In this document: piece after piece, positions 1 through 12,400 of the stretch
How positions within the stretch are numbered: the stretch's first letter is position 1
How the letters are laid out: every line of letters starts with the position of its first letter
Assembly: GCF_006345805.1 (NCBI RefSeq)
Contig: NC_043009.1
Coordinates: 56,234,001 to 56,298,000 of the forward strand
Reading direction: 5' to 3'
Length of the DNA: 64,000 bases
DNA from: Octopus sinensis
Lineage: Eukaryota
Translations under genes and position numbers: made by a program
Notes under the pieces: model-generated
Database searches by the model: none
What the model was told of the DNA's origin: nothing
Seen by the model: the letters and a program-made list of their open reading frames with translations, nothing else

Positions 1-241
1 TGCACCCAAGTGGGGTACAGACTTACTGTGTAGGATCTTGTTGATCAGCTGAGGCTTGTGTGAAAGGGTGGTTTTCATTCTCTTCTACTTTGCAATTATC
101 ACTGTGGGTTCATGCCTCTTGACCCCTACATGGCCAATGAATTCTCGATATACTGCCATTGTCACCTCATCAATTTGCACATGTGTATTGTTGCCTCACA
201 TAAAATGAAAATTAAATAAAATTTCATATTTTCTTTTGTAG

Positions 242-407
242 AAAAAGAGTTTGTATATTTAAACACCTCTAAAAAATTGGTTAAAGTGAGTGAAGGTGAT
301 GGAGACAGGGTGTATCTGACAGCTAACTATGTCTCCTTTCGTAAACCTAATATAACATGGTTCAAAAATGGTGAGATAATCACGGAGAGTAAACATTATG
401 AAATCCG
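242..407 (+). CDS. VEGFR: VEGFR exon, Ig-like D4 first half
   Basis: ttttgtag|..[34 protein letters not shown]|gtgagt. Confidence 0.88.
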
Positions 408-3400
408 GTGAGTGAATATTTTTACTAGCATATAACATGTCTATAAATTTAATTATGAATGCAAACCTTATGTTTTTACATCAATTTCTCATTTAGGCAC
501 AAAATCAGAATTATATGACTTAAGGAATAAAAAATTGGGGGGATAGAGACTTTGAATAAGGTTACAGGCATTGACATTCTATTCTAAGTCATGTAAAAAA
601 TTATGGATATCTACCTAGTGAATCTCTTGTCAAAAAGCTTAATGGGATGAAGTCTATGTTTCATTGAAGAGGTCTAAAAAGACTGAAATATGACAATAGT
701 CATCCCTTTCATTTGTGAAAAATCTTTATATATAAAACTGAAGTTGTGTGTGTGAGAGTCTGTCTCCTCCAATTTAGATTCCTAACTACTCCCACATTTT
801 GCGGTGCAGTTTAACCAAAAGTGGGTATCTTATAGTCGTGATTCATATCGAGTCCTTCTGGGTATTAACGCGTGTCTACGATGAGTCTACGATAATAAAA
901 AAATTTACCATCATTTTTTCGCATTTTTAATGCATTTTTTGCTCGGTTTATATAAGGGAAGTAACTCTCTAAAAATGCTTATATAGTTATTTCCCTTATA
1001 AAATGGAATGCAATTTCGTCACAATTAACACTTAACCCTTTAGTGTTCAGATTAATTTGTCAAATGTAAGGTTCAAGTGGGGTGTCCACAATATTTACTT
1101 GTAACTTTGTTAATTTTCTACATACAGATTTGAAACTTTGTAAATGGGTGCTTATATGCCAGTGGTTTATAATTACGTAATTGTAGCTGATCTTTCTGAC
1201 TAAATTTGACTTTTATGGGCAGGTAAACTTAATTAACAGGTGTAAAAACAATAACATTATGAATAAACACTAAAATTCATATTCTTAATACATCTTACCT
1301 GTTTGGTTTGCTGCTAAAATTATCCCAGATATCAGCCACCAACAATTTTACATTTTTCAAGATGAGGTACATTAATTTGAATTAATTAAAATACAGGTGT
1401 AATTGGTAGAAGATTTTACTCTTTTTCTATATTTCGTTCAAATATCGTTTTCATCATTTTCATTTTCATCACTTTCATTTTCGAAATCTTCGTCCAACGA
1501 GTAATCACTGATATCAATATCAGATTCATCCAAAGTCAAAATACTTTTTGTTTTCATTGATATCTTCAATATCATCAATAGTAAAGCCTTCAAAGTCGGA
1601 ATCGCTACTTGCTGATGCCATTTCTTTCGCAACAAACGTATACACTTCTCTTCAAACATGGAAATAACCATGTGGTCTAAACAATTTCACAGTATTTATA
1701 CTTGAATAAAGGCGGGAAAGGCTTCATCTCGCATTATCTCAAAACTACGCGAATTTAATAACGTGATTTGTTTATTTTTTTTGCGATTTCGTACAGTGGT
1801 CGTTTACGGCCGGATTTGGCCGGTTTGAACAAATAAAGGGGAATTAATTTTGGCCAGTTACGGCCGGTTTGAACACTAAAGGGTTAAACAAGTTATTCAT
1901 CTAATTTCTATCCACCCGAGCAAAGCCGGGTCAATCTGCTAGTTATTAAATACAATTCTAATTCCAGTTTTCTTTTCCCTAACCCTAACCTTTTTGTTGT
2001 TAATAGTCACCTTTATAAGATATTGTTTTTATATTGTTGCCTGTCTTGAGTATCAGGTTTTAAAAAAAAAAGTAGTGAGGTCAATTTGTTTGGTTAAATT
2101 CTTCAAGGCAGTGTTCCAGTATGGCAGTAGTCCAGTAACTGAAACAAGAGAAAGATGAAATAATTAAGCGAAGTATAATGACTTAAAGAATTCATTTTAA
2201 TGCTTTGTTGTTATTTTTTCTCCTTTTGATCATCAGAATTTGTCCATCCTGTTGCTAAACTCTTGCTTCATCATTTCAGATAGATTAACTGAACTGAAAA
2301 TGATACTTCTGATAATATTTTCTTTTATTTCTCTGCCTGACTGGCCCCCATGCCAGTGGCACATAAAAGCACCCACTACACTCTTGGAGTGGTTGGTGTT
2401 AGAAAGGGCATCCAGCTATAGAAACTCAGCCAGATCAAGATTGGAGCCTGGTGCAGCCATCTGGTTCGCCAGACCTCAGTCAAATTGTCCAACCCATGTT
2501 AGCATGGAAAGTGGACGTTATATGATGATTTCTCTTTTAATTAATATTCTAATAGGCACATGCATGGCTATGTGTATAGTTTTGGAGCCCATCAGCTTAG
2601 TCATCACATTGTCTTGAGTTCTGTTTCATTGTGTGACATCTTGGGCAAAATTCTGCTGTGGCTTTGACTGACAAATGTCTTGTGTGTGAAATTAGTTGGC
2701 CAAAATTGTATGAAAGCCTGCTGTGTATGTGTGTATACACATGCATGTCTTTTTGAATGTTATAATGTCATGTACTCACATGCAAAGTAGTTAGCTAAAA
2801 AACAAGCTGTACATTTGAAGATAAGAGAAATAAAAAAACTAATACTTGAAAAATTGGTAAGGATTAGTTACAGGAATGGTACCAATAACAAAATACTGCC
2901 CTAAAGAAGCATCTATGTAAAATATGCCAGGAACTTTGACTTAATACAAATGAAGGAATTTTACTTCTTGCTAATAATATCAGGCAGTTCGTTGTTTTCT
3001 TTTGTCTCAAACTACAATAAGCATTTAATTAAAAGTTTACTTCTTTAACAGCATAATCGATACAGTACTGGATCTGGTGATTTACAATCCGAAATACGAA
3101 GATAGTGGTAATTATACAGTGTTTGCCGTAACAAAAGATATGAACAGTACCCTGAGCCTTACTCTTAACGTTACTAGTAAGTCAGCACTTAGACTCTTTT
3201 TAACCCTTTTGTGCTCGTATTTCAGATGAAACACCCTATTTATATGTCAATTAATCTTGAAAGTAACTTAGTTTCTTTCATTGATTAACCCCTTACCCAA
3301 CAATTATTTTGAAAATAAATGTATTTTTTCAGACATATTTTTTAATTGTTTTATTTTACTATGTTTTGAATGGTGATTTCGAGGTATATTTCAAACCTTA

Positions 3401-6400
3401 TTTATTATGAATTTTAATTCAATAATATTGATTTTAAATTACCACTTTGGGCAGAAACGAGTTAACCCGTTTTTAGACGAAGGAACTCGTTTGCTGTCGA
3501 TTTTGGCGAGTTAACTCGCCAGAGATAGAAAAAAACGATTTCGGTCAAAATGAATATATTCGTTTCTGCCGGGTAAGGGGTTAATGTATTAAGCTGGTAT
3601 TCAGAACGCAACAACAAAAAATTTCTTGCATAGTTTGGTGTTAAGTATATCCAACTGTAAAATACTTGCTAAACAAGACAGTGGAGCTTGGAACAGTCCT
3701 CAGTCTTACCAGCTCCTTTCAAATCATCCAGTCCATGCCAGCATGGTAGACAGACATTAAAAAATGATGAATTATAATGGGAGGTTTTAATTTAATTATT
3801 CATGGTTGTGTGGTTGTAAAGTTCTCGTCCCAACCACATTGTTTCAGGTTCAGCCCCCCCATGTGCAGCAACTTTGGTGAACGCCTTTTACTTTAGCCCT
3901 GAGAGACCAAAGTCCTATGATTGTGTCTGGTAGAAGGAAACTGAAAGAACCTCTTTTTGCATATGCATGTGTGTGTGTGTGTGTATGTCTTTGTTTACTT
4001 TTGTATTCACTTTACAAATGTAACAAGCTACAAGTATTGATATATGTATATATCAGGCGCAAGAGTGGCTGTGTGGTAAGTAGCTTGTCTACCAACCACA
4101 TGGTTCTGGGTTCAGTCCTACTGCGTGGCACCTTGGGCAAGTGTCTTCTACTATAGCCTCAGGCTGACCAAAGCCTTGTGAGTGGATTTGGTAGACGGAA
4201 ACTGAAAGAAGCCCGTCGTATATATGTGTGTGTATATATATATATATATATATGCATGTGTTTGTGTGTCTGTGTTTGTCCCCTAGCATTGCTTGACAAC
4301 CGATGCTGGTGTGTTTACGTCCCCGTTACTTAGCGGTTCGGCAAAAGAGACTGATAGAATAAGTACTGGGCTTACAAACGAATAAGTCCCAGGGTCGAGT
4401 TGCTCGATTACAGGTGGTGCTCCAGCATGGCCGCAGTCAAATGACTGAAACAAGTAAAAGAGAGTAAAAAGTGTATATATATATATAGTCATCATCTTGA
4501 TCATCATTTAATGTCTATCTTTCATGCTAGTATGGATTGGACAGTTTGACAGGAAACGGCAAGCTACAAGACTGTGTAGCTTCACTGTCTGATCTGGCAT
4601 GGTTTTTATGGCTAGCTGCCCTTCTTAACACTAACCACTTTACATAGTGGCACCAGCACCCACAAGGTCTATTTTAGCATGGTCTTTACTACTTGGGTGC
4701 TGCTCCTCATGTTTTCAGATAGTCCATATAAAAATGTCACTGACACTTTGGGGTTCAATATTCTTATGATGGAACCTGCAGCTATGACATCAGATCCTCC
4801 ACTACATTACCAATTTTTTTTTTTTTTTTTTTGCTTAGATTCTACAATATTGGTTTCCTATTATAAAGAGATCTGAATTAAAACTTTCCATCAATTTGAT
4901 TTTAATTCATGTTCCAAGCACCAGATTAATAATGATAAAGTTATTTTACTAAAGTTTTCATTAGCTTCAAAATTAACTGAATCAGAAGGAATGTTTTAAT
5001 AGAAATTTGATTATGAACATGTTAAAAATCTTAATTTTTCTGGATGTTTGTTTTGAATTGTTATATAAATGTTCCTATAAGTAGTAAAATTAGTGAGGTA
5101 ATAGTATAAAATACTATTTTTCTCTTACAGGTAAACCAATAATTCAACTAGATACTATACCAACAAAGGAGTTTTACATAGTTGATCGTAAAGTAACATT
5201 GATTTGTAATGTGTCATCAAACCTTCAGGATGAAATAGAATGGAAGTGGCAAGCGTGTGATCCATTCCACTGTTCTTCAAACCCAGCAGCATGGACAGTA
5301 GTTAACAATTATACAATAGAAAATGGACTGACTACACAGAGTGAGTAAAGACAATAGTTGAATTTCTATAATGCACATTTGTACACAGATAGAGGCATAT
5401 CACTGTGGTCTCAACCACATGGCTTTAGGTGCAGTCTAACAGCACATCACCTTGGACAACTCACTCCTGTAATGACCATTTCTCTTCCCCTGCCAGAGAA
5501 TGGATGGGCTATCACAGAAGAGACTTGCCATGAACCACTTTACCCACCCATGTATAACATGGGGTTGCACTACTCCTTCTACTCAATTTCCCCCACTGTC
5601 TTGCCTCTCTGATTCTCTCACTAACCACAACTACCACCTCTGACACTACTTCTCACTTGCTTCGCATTATCCTCTTGTCCAACAGTGTCACTACTTTTTC
5701 TCAAAAATAAACTTGTGCAACTAAAAATAAACATATGCAGCTCCAATGAAAACTGCCTTAGAACCTAACAAACCAACCAACTCATGCTGGCATGGCTAAT
5801 AGACTGGCCCACGCCATTTACTGTACACTCCCCTCTCCCTCCTCTGCTCTCACCTTTTGTTATTCTTTTATGTGCTGGTGCTACATAAAAAGCACACATG
5901 CCAAGCTACGTGCAGAACACCTATGCCAGGTCTTGTGTAGAGGACCTGTGCCATGTCACATAAAAAGCACTTATGCTGGGCCTCATCTAAAGGACCCATG
6001 CTGGGCCAAGTAAAAAGCACCCTTGCCAGTACAATGTAAAAGGTACCTGTGCTAGTACCATATAAAACACACCCAGTACACCTTGTAAAGTGGTTGATGT
6101 TAGGAAGGGCATCCAGCTGTAGAAACCAGCTGCAGATGGCCCAGTGGTTAGGGTATTGCACTCCAGTATCATGGTTTCAATTTCCAGTCCAGCAGTGTGT
6201 TGTGTTCCTAAGTGAAGCATTTCATTTTATGTTGCTCCAGTCTACTCTGCTACAAATGGGTAACTCTGCAATAGATTGGTGTTCTTTTCAGGGGGAGTGT
6301 TGGCCAGCCTGTCTACCCAGCCAGTGAGGTGGCATCATCCAAAAGCTACATTGCCAGGAAGTTCATTGTGACCAGTAATGCATAACAATATCTGAATCTG

Positions 6401-9400
6401 ATAGTCTCATCAATATTGTGATATTGTTGGATATATATATATATACACACATACACACACATGGAGGTGCAATGGCCCAGTGGTTAGGGCAGTGGACTCA
6501 CGGTCGTAGGATCACAGTTTTGATTCCCAGACCGGGCATTGTGAGTGGTTATTGAGCGAAAACACCCAAAGCTCCACAAGGCTCCGGCAGTGGGTGGTGG
6601 TGAACCCTGCTGTACTCTTTCACCACAACTTTCTCTCACTCTTTCTTCCTGTTTCTGTTGTACCTGTATTTCAAAGGGCTAGCCTCTTCACACTCTGTGT
6701 CACGCTGAATCTCCCCGAAAACTATGTTGAGGGTACATGTATCTGTGGAGTGCTCAGCCACTTGCACGTTAATAAATGAGCTGCAACGTCACTGGTGCCA
6801 AGCTGTATCTGCTGTTGCTTTTACCTTGGATAACATCGGTGGCGTGGAGAGGGGAGGCTGGTATGCATTGGCAACTGCTGGTCTTCCATAAACAACCTTG
6901 CCCAGACTTGTGCCTCGGAAGGTAACTTTGTAGGTGCAATCCTATGGTCAGTCATGACTGAAGGGAGTCACAATATACACACAGACACTCACACACACAG
7001 AAAGAAGCAATTATGTGGATAAGTGACTTAGATATATTAAATACCATATAATAGTTTGGTTATGGAGTGCAAAATGAGAGAAAGCAGAAGATGGAGACTT
7101 TCAGACAATGAATATTTAAGTACAAATATATAGATATTTATACATCCACTCAACTCCCTCTTATAGCCAGCCATTCTTTACCCCCATGAAATTGATCTCC
7201 TGTCGTTGAGGCAAGTGAAATCAAAATCAAATTCGACGACTGGCATCTGTGCTAGCGGGTGCAAAGAGCACCATACCAGGGTGATTGTTGACAGAGCGGC
7301 TAACCAGCTTCTGTGCCAGTGGGGCATAAAAGGGCACCATTCGAGTGTGATCATTACCAGCGTCGCCTTACTGGCATTTGTGCCCATGCTAGTAGGGTGC
7401 CAAGAGCACCATCCGAGCATGGTTGTTGCCAGAGCAGCCAACTGGCTCCGTGCCAGTGGCACGTAAAAGGGCACCATTCGAGCGTGATCGTTACCAACAT
7501 CGCCTTACCTGTGCCGGTGGCATGTGTAAAAAGATTCGAGCGAGGTCTTTGCCAGTACCACCTGACTGGCACATAAATTGCACCCACTACACTCTTGGAG
7601 TGGTTGGCATTAGGAAGGGCATCCAGCTGTAGAAACTCTGCCAGATCAAGATTGGAGCCTGGTGCAGCCATCTGGTTTTCCAGCCCTCGGTCAACATCGT
7701 CCAACCCATGCTAGCATGGAAAGCAGACGTTAAACGATGATGATGATGATACATAGAGATAGATAAATAGATAGGTAGATAGACAGACAGAGACCAAAAT
7801 AAAACTCCATATGAGTTAAGCATAACTGTAGAGCAAATGGTTATATTTTATATATTTGATGTTTTAACAAAGAAATTTCATTTTTGGTAGATCATCCAAA
7901 ACTGAATGCTTTCACTCTGTAAATGTAGTTGATTAGTATATGATGGAGAAATTATTTGACTGATATGAATCATATTCATTCTCAATGTTGCAATGCAAAC
8001 AGATACTGTTGTTTATTGCTGAGACATTGTATCCTTTAAAATCTCCATGCTTCTTGAAATTCGCCAACACTACACCCGGTATTCCCCTTCCATATGCATG
8101 CACACATGTATATCATGACTCATACAGTTTACTTTCCTGACTTTTGTACCTTTGATGAGTTCCAGTGCACCTGAGCATTATACACAATAATTTCATTATT
8201 ATCATTATTATTATATTCTGAAATAATTCAGTTACTCTTCCAGTTCAGAAAAACTTTTGACTTAACAAAAGTGGAGTTTCTTTACCGAAGCATTAAAACT
8301 GTAAAATACAGCTGAAGCTACTACACAGAGGCTCTATTGTTGGGTCATTTGTTTCTCATATATTGTTTGTGGTCAGGGAAGGATACATATATGTATTGTG
8401 AGCCCTGGTTTCAATCTTCGACATTTCCACAACACTTGATTATGTGGTTAAGAAGCTTGCTTTAGAATCATGTAGTGTTGGGTTCCTTGGGTAAGTGTCT
8501 TATGAGTGAATTCAGTAGACAGACTATTTTGAATCCCATCATATGTATGTGTGTGTTCCCCTACACTCTTGACCAGTATTGATTTATTTACATCCCCTTA
8601 ACTTAGTGATTCAACACAAACTCTTAAAGGTGGTGCTCCAGTATGGTCACAGTCCAGTGACTGAAACAAACGAAGGAAAAAATTTTAAAGATATACTTCG
8701 CATCTGAAAGAGAAAAATTTCATTGTATAACTTTAAAGTTATACAAAAAGTTAACATAATAGAGTACTGTAATTTTGCCATAACAAGCTGAGATAACTTG
8801 CTAGTAACAACAATTTATCCAAATACTTTGATTCCTTTACATTTATTTGAAAAGGGAAGTTTTTCCCAAAATATTATAGGAATAATAAATAGATAAATAA
8901 ATAAAACAGCCCAAGTAAAATAATATATCTTTATTTTTGATGTTGATTCATTGATATTGCCTTACATATTTTTGATTAACTCCTCACCCACAACTTTGTT
9001 CAAATGTTTTTACAAACATTTATCTCAAACTAATATAAATAATTATTGTTTATTTTAGATTATCCAGAGATTGCTACATTCGAAAGTCACACTGTGCTGA
9101 ATGTAACAGCTTCAGTTGGAGGTCAATATAAATGTCATGCAAACAACTCACAAGGAATAAGTGAAAAAATAGTAAATTTCTACCTTAGTGGTAAGTGTCT
9201 ATATATGATTTGTCTGGTTACTATCTCCTCCTAAACCATAGATAAACAGCTTTTCTGAAACAGGTGGTTCACAAATGAGATTATTAATGAAAAGCCTTGA
9301 CGATATGATTAAGAAGTTCACTTTCCAACAATATTGTTTCAATTTCAGCAGTACAAACTGCACTTGACCAAGCGGCTGACTGATGCTTCGTTAGTGAATT

Positions 9401-12400
9401 TGGGAGATGGAGACTCCTTAGAAACCTGCTGCACACAAGTGCATGTGTGTGTGCATCTTCCTGTTTGTCTCTCACTATCTGACAACTGATGTTGGTTTGT
9501 TCACATCCCCATAATGTATGGTTCAGCAAAATGAGACTAATAGAATAAGGGCCAGGTTTAAAAACTCAAGATAATTACTAAGGTTTCCCCAGATTCAGTC
9601 CACTGTGTGCCACCTTGGGCAAGTGTTTTCAACTATAGCCTAACTAAAGTTTTGTCAGTGGAAATAGAAAAAGCCTGTTATATATGTGTGTCAATGTGTG
9701 CATACAAATATGTTTCTGACACCATGTTTTGACATGGCATCATATTTGTAAACAAGACGCAGGAGTGGCTGTGTGGTAAGTAGCTTGCTTACCAACCACA
9801 TGGTTCCGGGTTCAGTCCCACTGCGTGACAACTTGAGCAAGTGTCTTCTACTATAGCCTCAGGCCGACCATTACCATGTGAGTGAATTTGACAGAAGGAA
9901 ACTGTGTGGAAGCCTGTCATATATGTGTTTGTGTGTCTGTGTTTGTCCCCCCTTCTAACATCGCTTGACAACAGATGCTGGTGTGTTTACATACCCGTAA
10001 CTTAGTGGTTCAGCAAAAGAGACTGATAGAATAAGTCCTAGGGTCGATTTCCTCGACTAAAGGCAGTGCTCCAGCATGGCCGCAGTCAAATGACTGAAAC
10101 AAGTAAACGAGTAAGTGTTAATGTTGTTTATTTCTAGTATTCTATAGAATCCTGTCTAGCCACAGGGAAATATTACCTTGTTTGAAAAAAAAGGTGAGGA
10201 TTCGCAACAGGAAGGCATCCAGCTGTAGAAAATCTATCTCTCTAAACTTAATCTGACCCATGGAGAAGTTGACGTTAAGAAGATGATGATGATGATGGTG
10301 CTACATCAGCAGCAGCAGCAGCAAAAGCGCTTCCGTTCAGTCAAATAAAACAACAGACAAGAAAAGTTAACCTTTTTTTAAATGTTATAATTGTTGAGAC
10401 AGATTTGTATTAATACTGTATTTCTGTTTCAGACATTGAAAATGGCTTTATGTTTACTTCAAGTGTAAAGTCACCAGTGGAAGGCGATGAAATTTTCTTG
10501 ACATGCAGTGCTAATTTGTGGAAATATGCTGATCCCACATTGATTTTTGAAAGATTATTGGATACTGATGTCTATTCTAAGTTTCCATTAGTCAACAGAT
10601 CATATGGGCGGTATAACATATCTCAGTAAGTTATTGTAATGTTGCTTATAGAAAAGAAAGTTTTACCTAAAGAAATTTTAAATAAATAAATTGTCCCCAC
10701 TTATAAAACATCCTAACTACTAAGTCATGTGCTTTTGCACTTATAAGTCTACTGTTTTCAAGTTACATAGTAGATCAACACTAATTTTAAAAATATATTA
10801 AACTAGGCGCAGGAGTGGCTGTGTGGTAAGTAGCTTGTCTACCAACCACATGGTTCCGGGTTCAGTCCCACTGCGTGGCACCTTGGGCAAGTGTCTTCTA
10901 CTATAGCCTCGGGCCGACCAAAGCCTTGTGAGTGGATTTGGTAGACAGAAACTGAAAGAAGCCCGTCGTATATATGTATATATATATATATATGTCTGTG
11001 TGTCTGTGTTTGTCCCCTAGCATTGCTTGACAACCGATGCTGGTGTGTTTATGTCCCCGTTACTTAGCGGTTCGGCAAAAGAGACCGATAGAATAAGTAC
11101 TGAGCTTACAAAATAATAAGTCCCGGGGTCGAGTTGCTCGATTAAAGGCGGTGCTCCAGCATGGCCGCAGTCAAATGACTGAAACAAGTAAAAGAGTAAA
11201 GAGTAAAAGAGTAGAATAAAAGTAAATAAAATAAATTTCTCATTTGTATATTTGCAATAAACGTATACTTTCAATTGCAATAATATTTTAATCAGTTGAT
11301 GCTACAAATAGTGGGAAAAATAAGTTCCCGGCATTACCTGTCATGACTGACGAAATTCCAGTTTATAAATTGTAACCAATGCAGATAAATTCAATAGGAC
11401 CAGAGTTATTTCCCTTGGTGGGATGGCGGAGCAGTGAAATGGAAATATACAGCCAGTTATGTTATTAGATTTATTGAAAGATACACACACACAATGTATT
11501 TCATAAACATCTTTCTGTTTCTCTCTTAACCTTTAACAGTGCATTTGTATGTTGCACTTTGTATTTGTACCATACACATAATTCAATCTACTTTGATCTT
11601 TTTTATCCTTATTATTGCAGAAATGGAAACCTCTCAGCAGAATTAAAAGTGTAAGTAATTTTATCATTGAATTATTATTATAATACTTTATATTATTTAT
11701 CTGACAGTTTGCATGTGAAATTTTATAGTAAACAGACTTCGTGCTGTTTATAGCGAGCAAACACCATCCGAGCGTGGCCGTTCGCCAGCCTCGCCTGGCA
11801 CCTGTGTCGGTGACACATAAAAAACACCATCCGAGCGTGGCCGTCTGCCAGCCTCGTCTGGCACCTGTGTCGGTGGCACATAAAAAACACCATCCGAGCG
11901 TGGCCGTCTGCCAGCCTCGTCTGGCACCTGTGTTGGTGGCACATAAAATCACCCACTACACTCTCGGAGTGGTTGGCGTTAGGAAGGGCATCCAGCTGTA
12001 GAAACACTGCCAGATCTGACTGGCCTGGTGCAGCCTTCGCGCTTGCCAGACCCCAGTTGAACCGTCCAACCCATGCTAGCATGGAAAGCGGACGTTAAAC
12101 GATGATGATGATGATGATGATGAGTTAAGTTCGTGGAGCCAGTCATATCTTTATGCCTTTTATGGAAATATAATTAAGTTGTGATTGTAAACTGGGAATC
12201 TGAGCATAGTGGTTCTAATCTAGGCAAAGACCAGCTACAAATTAATCAGAGAAGCATAGTCAGTGCCCTTGGACCGTATTCAGTGCCTTTATGACTGGTA
12301 GGAAGAGGTTATCCTGAAAAAGTGACCTAGCTTGAATTCTTGGAACATATTGAACTCCACTCAATCTGCTATCAGAGTCTTCTAGCTCGTGACAGACACT

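Noticed and set aside
1977-1992. Telomere-like CCCTAA units (also ~42265 and ~40838)
   Set aside because: Only one or two units each; expected by chance or as TE parts.
4089-4289. Recurrent ORFs ending [21 protein letters not shown] (also 9789, 10839, 55202, 63519)
   Set aside because: These are antisense translations of SINE family A, not a gene family.
10806-10880. tRNA genes at SINE heads (families A, B, D)
   Set aside because: A/B-box-like heads continue into SINE bodies and lack a complete cloverleaf; they are tRNA-derived only.
11757-11950. CRISPR-like repeat-spacer appearance of family C arrays
   Set aside because: Variable segments recur between dispersed copies, units are ~63 bp and contiguous with a retroposon 3' end, the context is eukaryotic introns, and there are no cas genes.
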